From positions 59,892,001-59,956,000 of the forward strand of contig NC_043010.1 of assembly GCF_006345805.1 (NCBI RefSeq): a DNA stretch of 64,000 nt. The letters run 5' to 3'. Made by a program: the position numbers and the translations under genes. Numbering within the stretch: the stretch's first letter is position 1; each line of letters opens with the position of its first letter. The DNA is from Octopus sinensis (taxonomy: Eukaryota). Below, in pieces: positions 1-13,290 of the stretch. Under the pieces are notes generated by a model that was given only the letters and a program-made list of their open reading frames with translations, did not search any database and had not been told where the DNA came from.

Positions 1-654
1 AATGCTGTGGAAATAAATGACACAAAATTGTGTTGTCCAACCAACGTATACCAAATGTTTTAAGATAGAAACTATGTGACACGTCCATGTTTTTATAACA
101 CAATACACCTTTCAAACCACTCCAAGAAGTGGAATTATTGGTGGAAGACATGGCTATTACACCAAATATCCATTTGTGAGAAGAATCTTGTATGAATGTA
201 TTTAACAACTGAAGAAAACACCAATTCTCAACTAATTCCATCCCCAATAATGTTTCTTGTATTCTCTAAGCCATCAGCTTTAATCATCTCTCACTTCTTG
301 CTAATATGCCAGCTAATCTTTCTCCCACTTTTTGCTGTCTAATCTTTATCTCTGCACTGAATTATATCAATTACTGTAGATGTTTATTAATTTAGTCTGT
401 TCTTTCTATTTAGCAGAATCACAATCATCTTACAGAGGACCAGAAACAACACACCATTGGCCATGAGGAATCTCTGAGAATTCACAATGGCTTCCAACCA
501 AATTGGAATTGAGCAGAGAGAAACAACATGAAGAAATCCTGGAAGAATTAGGTTTAAAATGTCTACTGCCTTTTCATAACATCTGTCAATGGGGGTCTAA
601 CGAATAATCTGCAAATTATTAATCCTACATGATATATACTCACTACACCCATAT

Positions 655-1100
655 AATAATAATAAAACATTGTGTACAGCGCTCAGGTGCACTACAACTC
701 ATCTAAAGTGTATGTATAGTGCATAGGGTAATGTACAAGCGTCAGGAAAAGAACAGTGCATGAGTCATGACATACACATATGTGTATGAGTATGGAAGGG
801 GGACAATCAGGTGTAGTTTTGGCGGATTTCAGAAAGCATGAGGGCCTTAAAGGATGCAGTGTCATGGCAGTCAACAACTGACGCAGGCAATTTGTTCCAT
901 GCTTCAGCAACTCTGAGCATGAAAAAATGTTTCCGAAAGTCATGGGAGCTGTGCTGTTTTCTGACTTTGTAGGCATGTCCACGTGTGTTGGACACATGGA
1001 GATCAAAAAGGTGTTCAGTGTTGTTGTTGGTGAGGTGGTTGATAACCTTGTGGGTGTTTACCAAGTCCGTCGCCAGATGCCGGAGCTTCAGTGAATCCAT
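655..1100 (-). mobile_element. 5'-truncated CR1/L2-type LINE 3' end
   Basis: TRGHAYKV...RKHFFMLRVAEAWNKLPASVV...FK is the typical post-RT C-terminus. (TTA)n tail at ~652-665. Related copies at 30080 and 30609. Confidence 0.8.
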
Positions 1101-1125
1101 GCCCAGGGAAATATATTTATTTTAG

Positions 1126-1224
1126 GAGTGTATAGCAGTGAGAGAGAGAGACCATTACCAAGACAGACTTGTGAAAACTCCAAAGAGACAATTACCTTCA
1201 CCTCCAGGTGATGCTAGAAATTGA
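1126..1224 (+). CDS. Candidate terminal coding exon of an upstream gene (ECIAVRERDHYQDRLVKTPKRQLPSPPGDARN*)
   Basis: Acceptor-like atatatttattttAG|G at 1125, then a 32-codon phase-0 frame with a Pro-rich, tail-like composition ending TGA at 1222-1224. No homology check was possible. Confidence 0.3.
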   Translation, partial: ECIAVRERDHYQDRLVKTPKRQLPSPPGDARN

Positions 1225-3729
1225 CTGTCAACGACCATGACGACCAATTGTAGGATAATTTTTCAAAGTGAACATAAAGACTTACACCAGTGGAGTTTAA
1301 GTCAGCTTCTTACAAATGTCTGCTCTTGGAGTTTGAGAAAAGAAACATCCCCTTATTGATATTCCAACAAGAAATTAATATTTTCAAAGTTGCCCTTAAT
1401 TAATCACCTCGTTATTTTATGGTTTAAGCTTTATCTTCACAGACTGGTTTTTTGTTTTTAGATGTATAACAAATATGACCAATATTTTAAACAATTTTAT
1501 GTATTTTGTTAGTTAAAAGTTTGATAAGAAAAATATTAATCATGTAGAAAAATTACTCAGATTATCACCAATCTCAAATTAAAAAGTGTAATTATTAGCA
1601 GCTGTGATTAAGTGTAACAGAACCCTCTGCTGGAATATGAACCCAGATGTCATATGAGTTGGGTGACTGCTCTATTCTTTCAAGCAGAAAATAAGGTCAC
1701 CTATTATTGATTTCTCATCAACAACATCATTTGTCGGCAATCATATGAACATTAAATTGTTCTTAATAAACTGTTTCCATCTGTTGTTTTATGTCACTGA
1801 GATATTAATTAGTGTACAAATTCTCATTCTTTACAATATATTTAAATGATACAGAAGTGGAGGGAAACCTTTAATCATGGGTTAATCCAATTAAAATAGG
1901 TTCCACTCACACACATATTCAAAAACTAAGATGGGAAAGTAGTTTGACTGGTCTGTCTGTCTGTCTGTCTCATATTCATCATCAACATAAACTTATTGCC
2001 ACACTAATTTAACAGTCACATGCACATACAACCATTAACTGCAAGGGACGCTCCATGGTACTCATCCTGTCACTGTTTTTGTAAGTTTATCTTTTTGTTT
2101 TTTTTGTTTTGTTGATATAAATATTCTGTTTCTTGCTGTTGTTGTTTAGTCTCAGGTCAACTTTGACACTAACCAGCCTATAATCGAAGACAATCCAGCT
2201 GCGGCCATCCCATATTTTAGGGCTATATAGGACTACAGATTCATCACCCTTTTTTTAAATCCAAGTTGGTATGATTTGAGGGATATTTGATTGCTATCTT
2301 TAGCAGGCTGAGCTATCAGTAGTGAGCTATCAGCTGTCAGTAGTGAGGGTCATTTTAGATTCTTTTATTATGTATTCAATGAAATCATTTCAGTTCCCTG
2401 ACCCCGTGTTGGGATGCTTGGGGTAATGTTTACAGTTTCTCCAGTGAATAGAGTTCGGTTGTTAACTTCAGCTGGTTGTAGGGTCACTAAACACTTCTCT
2501 CCCCTGCATTGTCTTTCTGCTGCCCCGTTGCCTTCTTCAGCTGCAAACATTTCTTTTGTGCCAGCTCGATTTTTACTCATCTTCCTATACATATATCATT
2601 AATGCACACACATGTAATGTATTTAACTGTTTAAGGGCCTGCCTCCTTATATACAGATTTCCACAGACATTCATCAATGATAAAGCATACAAAATTACAG
2701 CCAGTCACGCATCAATGCACACAGACATACAATAAATAAACACATGAAATGATGAAGTCTGCATTGTTCGTTTTCTGCTAGAATGGGTTGAAGGAACAAA
2801 TGAATCCCTAGCACCGAGGCCTCGTTTCAGATCCACATCACCTTTCTCTTGCTTCATCTTTTTTTCATGCAAGCGATTTTTTCCTTCTTTTTGTATTGTA
2901 TTTCTCTTATCCTTGAAAGTGCTGTCAGCAAACATCACCATTTTTACCTTTAATCCTTTTCACACAATGTAAATATTCACACACACACACATGTACATGG
3001 TTTTTTATACATTTATAAGGGAAGTGGCATAATTAATAAAACCTATAAACACACCAGTTGTTGCTTGTCTATATTTCTCTTCTTTTTTTAAAGCAGTTGT
3101 TTGTTTGTTTGTTTATGTCCCCTAAAATATTTTTCACTACATCAACATGTAGTCTTTTCAATAAACATCTTGAAAAGGATACAGGTTGATGTTGGCTTTG
3201 TTAGTTACGATTCTTCCCAAATATAACAACTGATTTCAACAAATGGTTTACAAGATCAAAGTTCTTGTAAACACAAATTATATATCTGGGCTTCAATACA
3301 GTTTCTGCCCTCCAGTTCTACTCACAAAGCTTTGATCAACCTGAGGCTAAAATAGAAGACATTTGCCTGAAGTGCCATGCAATGAAATAGAACTCAAGAC
3401 CACAACATAACAAAGTGCTCTCCATATCCACCCAGCCATGCCTATCCCTACATAATGACATTTGTCATATTTTGCTGTTATTCAGCTCCAAGTCATCCCT
3501 CACTGAACAGACTTATTGATCAAAGGCTTTCCAGACACTATTTCCAGGAGCAGTGCATCCCACACTAAATGTCATTTGATGTAGCTTTTCTCTGTTTAAG
3601 TAAGGAGTTTTGTAGGAGATGTGACTGCTGTTTCAGGTAATTCAAATGACTGCCTGGAGACAAAGCTGATCAATTTCCATGTCTAAAATAATATGCCTGC
3701 ATGCATGTATGTGTGTGTGTGTGAGCATG

Positions 3730-3782
<53 letters not shown>

Positions 3783-3873
3783 ATGGATTATTTGTAGAAA
3801 TACATAAATCAGGAGGAGAAGCACACTCTAAGGTGTAGAGCAGTTAATGCTATAGTGGGGGGGGGGTAGTTCG

Positions 3874-4014
3874 GTTTATGGGGTTACCCTGGGTTTCTCA
3901 CTCATAAGGGGTTTAGCCTTACAGCATATCTTCAGACTAGTAGTATTTGGGGGCTGAAGATACGTCAAAGACTAAACCCCTTATGAGCGAGAAAACCAGG
4001 GTAACCCCATAAAC
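3874..4014. repeat. Foldback / long hairpin (arms 3874-3935 and 3954-4014)
   Basis: GTTTATGGGGTTACCCTGG...TATCTTCAG pairs with CTGAAGATA...CCAGGGTAACCCCATAAAC with few mismatches. 18-nt loop. Confidence 0.9.
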
Positions 4015-4026
4015 TGGCTTACATTG

Positions 4027-4028
<2 letters not shown>

Positions 4029-4119
<91 letters not shown>

Positions 4120-4120
4120 T
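4029..4120. repeat. (TA)n(GATA)n microsatellite
   Basis: Direct reading. Confidence 0.97.
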
Positions 4121-5212
4121 AAAGCACAGTTTATTCACGATCAGAGGCATTCATAAACAGAGGTGCTACTGTATTAAATGAATCTGAGAAAGACAGGAGA
4201 TAAAGTATGATTTATTGATGATCAGAGCTGTTCGAAAACAGAGATTCTACTGTATTTATATATATATATCATCTGATTTGATGAATTTTATGGGGGTTTC
4301 TGTCTGATGATACTTTGATATATATATATATATATATATATATGCATGCATACCTGTTAGAAAGTATAGAAAACAGACAACCTCATTGGTATTCAATAAT
4401 TGAGACATGACATAATATTAATTACAGAATTGTATTAGCTGTAGTTGACCATGACACAAGAGTGGAAATGCTTTCAAAACACAAGAATCAATTCACTGTT
4501 GATTGCATAGACAGAACATCGAAAATGAGTATAAAAAGGAAATAAGCATCTTTATCTTCTATCTTTTGCTTGTTTCAGTCAAGTGTCTCCTGCTGTAACT
4601 CTACAACCCCAGGCTGGTCAAAGCCTTATGAGCAGATTTTGTAAATGAAGCCTGTTGTGTGTGTGTGTGTGTGTGTGTGTATAGATGGATGGATGCATGA
4701 ATATGTTTTGTGTTTAACCTTGTTTAAACATCCTGTGATGAAATAAACATTATCATCATACACAGTTCAATACAAGCATGGTTCATTTCATTTTCTGTGA
4801 AAAGCATGTCTAGCTGTGAGAAAATATTACTTTTGCATTGAAACCGGTGTGGCTGAGTGACAGAAAAGACATTCAGCTACAAAATGTCTGTCTCAAGAAA
4901 TTCCTCTTCACTCATCTCATGCAAATGCTGATAATGACGTAAGCATATATGTAGGCAATGGCCTAGTGGTTAGGGTAGCGGACTCGCAGTTTCAATTCCC
5001 AGACCGGGCGTTGTGAGTGTTTATTGAGCTAAAACACCTAAAAGCTCCACAAGACTCTGGCAGGGGGTGCTGATCCCTGCTGTACTCTTTCACCACTCTT
5101 TCTGCTGTTGGCCTGCTCGCTTAGCTAGCGGGGTGGCGTCATTCGAACTCATTGTGACCAGTGATGTGTAACTACATCTGATGGACTGGTCGGTCAAGTG
5201 AGTGATCAAGTG

Positions 5213-5271
<59 letters not shown>

Positions 5272-6169
5272 TGCTAGAGGTTAACTAACTGTTTTACCAT
5301 GATCAATTGGATCTTTATATATATATATATATCATTCTCTTCATCATTGTCGTTTAATGTCCACTTTCCATGCTGGCATAGGTCGGACAGTTTGACTGAG
5401 GTCTAGAAGCTGTAGGAATCTGCACTAGGCTCCAATCTGATCAGGCAAAGTTTCTACAGCTGGATGCTCTTCCTAATGCCAAACACTCTGAGAATGTAGT
5501 GGGTGCTTTTTAAGTGCCACTGGCATGAGGGCCGCAGTCAGGTGGTACTGGCATCAACCACGTTTGAATGGTGCTTTTTACATGCCAGCATGCAAATGGA
5601 ATCTCTATATATATAAACGGCAAAATGTCTGTGTGCGTGTCCTGGATACAAATCCACAATTTTTCAGTTAGAGGGCTCGCACTTTCTATGGTCATTCAAA
5701 ACCGTCCAAGGAAAGCCATTAAAAAATCAATAGAAGTGACTTTTTTGTGAATTTTCTATCCAAAACCCAATCAAAATGCCTGAAACTAGCTGTATATGCA
5801 TGCACTAGCATTATGACCAGGCGTTGTCAGGTCATAGGGCTAATATATAAATATATTTTCCATTTGAATGAATGTCTATGTGTTGATTATATGAAACATT
5901 TCTAAGGGAGGAATCTTTGATTTGCTGTTCATGCCCCACCCCCTCTCACCTGGCTGGTTCAGTAAAATGGGAATAGCTGAGTGGAGGTGACATGAGCCCA
6001 GCCAGATCTGAGGAGCAGAGGTCATTATAGGATCAGAATAAAAGGCAGGGAGTAGAGAGAGCGAATGCATCTGTGAATGCCAGCAGTTCAGTTCTGTGAA
6101 AGACACAACACATTGTAAATATTTCAGTTATATTTTATTTGAAATGTTTAAGGTAAGTTGTTGTTCATG

Positions 6170-7400
6170 CAATTACTGCCTTTCCCCAATAAGTAAAAAG
6201 CACATCTTTAAAGATGAAGACATAGTCTCCATGAAGGCACCAAAATACCAACTGATGACATCAAAGAGATGTTAGCACTGTGCCTAAGGACACTGAGTTC
6301 CAGATTGATTATGAAATTTACCAAAAAGTGCAAGGAATAAATAACTGTGTGTTTTCCATCATCATCAAAGCAATGGCACTCATTCACATGAAATGCTTTG
6401 AAGATTTAGTTCTAGAAATGACAGCAATGATAAAGATATGTGAATGACAGCCTCATACTTTGGAAGCCTCAACAGAAAGTCCGAGATGTAGGTAGATGAC
6501 ATAGACTCTGTCTACGTGCATCAGTTCAGTATAAGATGGAAAAGGATATAACCAACCAGCATGCCATCATATATACTGGTGAAAAATACAGAAGATCAGT
6601 GGATCAAATCCCTGCTGGCACTGAAATCTAACCCTTTAGTGTTCGCATTATTCTGCCAAAATTAATGCTTCTTCATCCACATTGTTTTGAACTAATCAGG
6701 CATTATCTTGTAGCTATGAGATTTTGATGAGGTAGCTGTTAATTTTTAAAATGATATTGTAGGGTTGGTGTGAGAGACCAGATCTGGTCATTTTGAATGC
6801 TAAAGGGTTAATCTGTAATTGAGAGAGTCTTTATATGATTGCTCAATCTGTTTAGAAATAGCTGCTAAATCTCCCTCAAATTGTACCACCACAAAAACAG
6901 CAAAGACATATTGGAAAAGATGGGATGCCTTTCATCAAAGGTATGCTCATTAACCTAGGGTTATACAACAATAATAGATAAAATATGAGTCTCACCACAG
7001 CATCCCTTCAGTATTAAGTGTCTACAACACCAGGCAAAAACAATGTGGACTGAGGTATTAGCTTATGCAGACGATATGAATTACCTGAAAACTACCTTCC
7101 TGCATAACAAATGTGTTGCCTCTCATAGAAGACTCACAGCCTATCGCAGTAGATTCACAACCACCCTCAAGCTTAAGGTAGGGATCAAATAAAATTCTCT
7201 GTTTCTACCTTACTGGAAGGGATTGAGACAGCTCACAAAATCTACAACAATTATAATATCAGAACTGTGTACATATGTAACATCACATTTTGATGATTTC
7301 TCACCAAATTGAAACTTACCTCGGAATGGCCAGAATATAGAAACTACATTTACTACACTTATTGCATCCTTTAAGCTGAGAAGTCTTAAAGAGAGAATCT
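6170..7400 (+). mobile_element. Heavily decayed Penelope-like RT/linker relic, interrupted by a MITE and other sequence
   Basis: Hand-translated pieces DDIKEMLALCL..EFQIDYEIYQKVQG, R-x-VDDI (6484-6503) and LPYWKG..AHKIYNNYNIRTV. Many frameshifts. Confidence 0.5.
6632..6807. mobile_element. piggyBac-like MITE
   Basis: CTAA|CCCTTTAGTGTTC ... GAATGCTAAAGGG|TTAA (TIR 11/13). Confidence 0.65.
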
Positions 7401-10304
7401 GGGAGGTCCGTAAAGGTAAGAATTAAGAAATATTATATAAAAGTCTTAGAGAGGGGAGAAACTGTCATGAACGGTTGGAGAGACATGATGTAAGAAATGG
7501 AATTGTTTTGCTATGGAGTGAATTGATTCTATAACTGATAAAGAATCATGGTGGAAAAATAGAAAAAAAGAAATCCATAAAAAGCTGGCTGAAAACCCAG
7601 GTAATAAACCTAGCACTGACCTTAGCTCAACACTGAGTTACCCAAACAGTAAAATCCTGCTCTGACATTAACTCAAAATGCTTGCTATTACTGAAAAATA
7701 CATTGAAACGACCCAATATGGTAGCATAAAATGTATATACAATGCAAAAGTAAGGATAAGGTTGTTGTTTTTCCCTCCTTGCTTGACATAATTCGTTAAC
7801 ATTGCAATGGGGAAAAGAACAGAAAGAGAAATTAATGTGGAGCAACGAGTGAAACTTGAAGGATTGGGATCAGTTGTTAAAAAATGTTCTGTCCACTTTT
7901 GTGTTAGTTTTGTGACAATCCTAGCAACAGCATAATGGATGAACGTGTTTCAACTGTTAGTTTAGAAAGGAAGATTCCTACTTTGAATCTAGTCTCAGAT
8001 AATAGATACATACATCGCAGAGTAAGACATCTAAGAACAATCAAAGATTGAAACTGAGACGAGGTTAATAGTCTGAGATATTTGCCTTGTTTTTGTTTGT
8101 TTATCATTCATTGAAGAATAAAAATTACCTGACAACACCATTAAAATGTTGAACAGACAGACGCTCCTCAAACCATAAGCTAAACAAATGACTGCTAGAA
8201 ATAGCAGGAAGATTTCCTGTACAATTTATTTTCTATCAGCTTACAAAAGAAATGCAGCCCAAGATGTCTGGGTAATAAAAAAAATAGGGATGTTCTTTGA
8301 TTATAGGTCTGTTTAATTAGGGTTAAACTGGGACTAAATAACGGGTTAAAAGTATGGAGAATCTATTCATTTTAAATTGATAGTATCAACTGGAAAGCAG
8401 GTTAAACCTGTAATTTGTTCCCCAAGATACCAACAATTTTTTTATTAGCAAATTTTGATTGTATTTCAGTTAAGCAGATGAAGAAATATAAATTTGAGAC
8501 TCTAATGAACAGCCAGCTGTCATTAGCTGCTTTAATTTGCAATAAAAGACATTATTGTGGACGAGGAAAAGTTGTAATAAACTTTGATTTGTACTTTTAA
8601 GGCATGTTGAATAGTTTTGTTGCTGGAACGAGGAACAGCCTAGAAGTAATGAAGTTTCTATAGTAAAGTTATTGCTAAAACAACCAAAGTCTTCCATTTT
8701 GAATTCTTGGAGGGAAATGATTGCTATATCTCTTATGTAAATAGAGAAAAATGAAAAGAAAGATCTCTCTCTCTCTCAGATCATTGTCATTGTTTTAACA
8801 TCCACTTTGCTTATGGGGCAGACAGAGTCTGTTGAGACAGATTTTCTGCAGTCAGACCCCCTTCCTATAGCCAACCCTCACTTGTTTCCTAGCAAGGTAG
8901 TATTTTCCCAGGGCCAGACATTTTTTTACTGAATATTGGAAATGAATGACTGATCAGGTTGTGTCAGGCTTTGTATTACTAAAAGACCATGTATTTTTTA
9001 AATCTAAGAATTTCTTTCCAACTGAATTCAGGGATCAGAAACTTTCACAAAATGCTAGCACCTTGAGAAGTTTCTACTATTAAACTGGAGAATCCCATCT
9101 TCTCCAAATTAGACAAACAGTTTTCTTCAGCCTTTCCCTGTTGGATTAATCACACCAATCATTGTTAATTCCCCTCTTAATGGACCGAAGGGACATAACT
9201 CTAATCTCTCTGCCTTTCAAGCTTTCTTTTTCTCGTTTTCCTCTTTCTTTTCCATGTTAATCTTTTCTTTGCTTGTTCTTCTTACAGAGCAGCCATGTTT
9301 ATTTGGGGGAACTGAACAATTGCAGGATAGCATCTGACATTCTTTTACAAGTGTGTTTGGTCACTGTACCATCCAAGTAGGAAAATTATGGTGACTCACA
9401 TTTAAATCCTGTGCTTATAAAATGATATGATTTTATAAGGATAAAATGCTTCTTTCAGTCTCCATCAACCAAACCCATTCACAAGGTTTTGTTGTTCTGG
9501 GACTAGAGTGGAAGGTATTTGGCCAAGGTACCACACAGTGAAAGTGAACCTGAAACTCTGTGGTCGAGAAGCAAGCCTCAACGAAATTCCATGCAACGCT
9601 TACAGACATGGGAAAGAAGACATTAACCCAATGATGATGATGATGATGATGATGTCTTTTCTGTCTTCATTTTTACTTGTTTCGGTCACTGGACTGTGGC
9701 TATAAATGGTTCACTCAAACGGATCGACCCCAGTACTTGTTTTAGGCTTAGTACTTATTCTAGCAGTCCCATCCCATTTTGTCAAACCACTTTAAGTTAC
9801 AGGGACATAAACACACCAACACTGGTTGTCAAGGGGCAGTGTTGGATATATCCATAGATACACAACACATACTACACACATGCACCCGATTAGCTTCTTT
9901 CAGTTTTTATCTACCAAATCCACTCATAAAGCTTTAATCAACCTGGGACTACAGTAGAAGACCCCTGCCCAAAGGATCATGTGCAGCAGGAAGAGTGAAC
10001 CAAAGACCCCACGGGTTGGGAAGCAAACTCCTCAGTCACGCACTCAGTTACATTATATACGTGAAGGCCTTGTGGTTAGGGAGTTGCAATCACAGTCACT
10101 AGATTGTGGATCTGATTGCCAAATGGTGTGATGCGTTATGTTCTTGAGCAAAACCCTTCATTTCATGTTGGTCCCGTCCACCCAGCTGTAAATGGGTCCC
10201 CCTACAAAAGAGTAGCTTTCTGGTCAGAGGGAATGTCGACTTGCTCCCCCTCGCCAGCAGCAAGCGGTGCACACTCATCAGAATTTTGCTTCCACCAAAT
10301 GCAT

Positions 10305-10765
10305 CAGGCAGAGATATTGCATGAAGTTTTGCCAAAACTTTAGTGATGTTCAAGGCATCCAGAGATTCAGCAGGCGTTTGGTGATGATAACAGCATGGGT
10401 AGGACTCAGATGAAGGAGTGCTACAACTGGTTCAAACATGGTTTCACCTCAGCGGAGAGCAATGCACACTCAGGACATCTTGGTTTTCAGAAACGAGGAG
10501 CCAGTTGAGAAGATTCGGCAAACAGTCATGGAAGACCTTTGTGTAACAACCCAGGAAATGGCTCACAAAATGGAAATAAGCACAAGGATCAGTGCATTGC
10601 ATTTTAAGAGAGGATTTGTGCATGTGAAGAGTGTAGGCAAAATTCCTCCCCAACGTGCTGGCAAAGCAGCAAAAGCAACTCCAGGACATGCTGGACTGTG
10701 CAAACCATGACCCAGACTTCATGAAGAAAGACCATCATCACCGGTGATGAAACATGGGTTGATGT
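10305..10765 (+). mobile_element. Mariner transposase N-terminal relic
   Basis: IQQAFGD...WFKHG...TQEMAHKMEIS...DPDFM..IITGDETWV across frameshifts. Confidence 0.75.
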
Positions 10766-11278
10766 TCTCTGTGCAATGTTTTCGGTCATCTGGGAAATCA
10801 AAACTCTAACAAACTCACACATAGCACCATGACATGACTGCCACACTGATTGTTAGATGTGGATTAAACTCTTTGCTGGTCTATCAACTTTGGTTATTGT
10901 GTTAGAAATCTGCTTAAACAGACCTGACCCCTTAATATTTAATAACATCAATACAAACCAACAAAGGAGTCTATGCATGGTTACTCAAACTGCTGGAAAT
11001 AGCAGGTGAATTCCCTAAATGCACACCCTAATGTCTCAAGAGAAGATACACTGAACAATGCAAGGTTTGACATTGAAAACGAGAGATGGTCTTGGTCAAA
11101 AGATCTTTGGCCTTAAGTCTGTTCAGTTAGGGTAAAATCTGAAGCCCAACTCCACTGGAACTGACTTCTGATAACTGCATCAATAACCACAGCATCTCCA
11201 CAAATCTGTTCTTTCAGTAATCAAACATCCATCTTGAAAGACTCCTCATCAATTGTACCAATCCTATCACCTTTGTTC

Positions 11279-11530
11279 AGTAGCAGCTGTGATAGTATCT
11301 ATAGCCATTGTGGTTTCTATAACCCTGTGTATTGTGAGATGTAACAATGTGAGAAATAGCTCATCTGAAAGAACAGCAGAAGAGAAACAGGCATACCAAT
11401 GTCGCAATGAGATGAGACAGTTGATCTATCAAGGTAACAACAGTGTACCTGTGATGTCAGGTAATCGAGGAGAGATGTCAGACAGATATGGTCATTCGAG
11501 GAGCCATTACTATCCTGAAGACTGCAATCC
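11279..11530 (+). pseudogene. Orphan protocadherin fragment (TM helix plus juxtamembrane tail only)
   Basis: VAAVIVSIAIVVSITLCIVRCNNVRNSSSERTAEEKQAYQCRNEMRQLIYQGNNSVPVMSGNRGEMSDRYGHSRSHYYPED aligns with 59095-59330 of the intact exon at DNA and protein level. No cadherin-repeat sequence is recognisable upstream. Confidence 0.88.
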
Positions 11531-12573
11531 GCCCCCCCAAAAAAAACATTGCATGCATGATATATTATGCTTTTTGGGCTTGTGTCGTTAATATTAGCTT
11601 TTCATAGTTTTCTAAAATCAAAATTAAAATCTAAGGCTGCTCTGGATTCCTTCTTTTCCCATAAAAAAGAAAGTTTTGGGATTTGATGTTGTCACACTTT
11701 GGTCTTTATTGATTTTAAGCAGCTAAATATTTTCATATTTAAATAATTCTTAAATCTCTTTCATATAATTGAGTTGGAACAACCTGCCAAGATGCGTTTC
11801 TATGTATCATGTATGAGTTGTCTTGAAATACAGTTTCAACACTGCATTGTTAAAGTGTTATCATTAAGCAGTATCTTTGATGATCTTTTAAATATCTGTC
11901 AGGTGAGTTTTAATATTGGTTAGTTTAAGTAATGTAGAGGTCAGCCTCACCTCAAATCCTGTGGGTGGTGGCAGACACTGATTGAACTGATGATGCCTTC
12001 TTTCCCTCCTCCTCCTATTCAATATTGTTTGCTTATTTTAATCCATTGAAGGAAATTTCTCTCAGATTTTCCTTTCATTCTGTATTTGATTCATTTACTT
12101 TTACACAGAAAGCAAGACAATCATTGATCGACCCCCTAATATAGAACTCATCCCCATCCCCTAAACTTTGTATCAATCTGTCCTCAGTTCTGTCTTCACC
12201 GACCACCAGGAACTCCCTTCTTTTAAACAGATATAGAAATGTTATATTCTCAGACAGGTGATGTCAGTGATTCTGTTGGATTCCTAATGAAATACCATTC
12301 ATGTCAGGTAAACAGAATTACTTTGTAATCTTTTGTTCTTTGGATTGTGGCCATGCTGTAGCACTTCATTCAAGGGTTTTAGCCATGCCAGTCCATCATT
12401 ATTTCTATCTGCAATTTATTTTATTGAGCTTTATTTATTGAATCACACAATGTTATACGTTTTATGACAAACCCACACAACATCTTCGGCAAGGTTTCCT
12501 TACACCAAATTCTACTAAAGGGATGTTTGTCAACCTGAGTTTGCAGTAAGACACATTTGCCCATAGTGCTATG

Positions 12574-12718
12574 CACCAGCGTAGCCAGAGTGTCTGCTGC
12601 CCCGGTCGCCCCTTCCGTTTGCCCCCCCACCCCACCCCAAAGCTACATATTGCCTATAGCAATAAAAGTGCCGCCAAGGACGGACTGCCTACCCGCCCCA
12701 CCCCCAGCTATGCTAGTG
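12574..12718. mobile_element. 145-bp hAT-type MITE
   Basis: TIRs CACCAGCGTAGC / GCTATGCTAGTG (10/12). 8-bp TSD GTGCTATG / GTGCTGTG. Inserted in a SINE. Confidence 0.65.
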
Positions 12719-12911
12719 GTGCTGTGTTGTGGTATCAAACCCCAAAACTTGATTATTTTTCTTTTATGTTAAGTTCTTGATTTTTATTATTTCTAAATAA
12801 AACCCTGAAAAATGTGAGGTTAGTTATTGTTGTATGTTTTTCAGGGTCCCTCGCTGTTCAGGCACTGAAACTCAAAGGGAGATAAACAGGGAAAAAATAA
12901 AATGCCTTTAA

Positions 12912-13114
12912 CCCTTTCATTACCAACATGGCAGAAACCAGTTCTGGCTCTGTAGTACAAGTGTCTTGTTTTCATAAATTTTGAATTAAAATCTTCTACC
13001 AAACCTTAGTCGCAATTTATGTTCCTAACACTAGCTGAATGACAACTAAGTTATTTTACTAAATTCTTTGAAAGAAACACAGAGCATCTCAACAGAAATA
13101 GAGTAACAAAAGGG
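12912..13114. mobile_element. piggyBac-like MITE
   Basis: TTAA|CCCTTTCATTAC ... GTAACAAAAGGG|TTAA. Confidence 0.7.
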
Positions 13115-13290
13115 TTAAACTCAGAAATACTCATTAATTTTATCCATTATTCATCTCAGATATTATTTTATCTAGGAAAATAATAAGTTTTCATTAAAGC
13201 ACTATGAGGAATCATCTAGACTAAAGTGTGTGATATTCTTTAAATGGATCATGCGAAAGAAATAGAAACTTCACTAAATACGTGGATATA

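Noticed and set aside
414-512. Exon after the tandem TAGCAG acceptor
   Set aside because: All three phases hit stops within ~100 nt and there is no recognisable homology; support is insufficient.
7061-7075. AYADD as a LINE RT catalytic motif
   Set aside because: Flanks do not resemble LINE RT; the surrounding relic is PLE-like and has its own VDD motif at ~6490.
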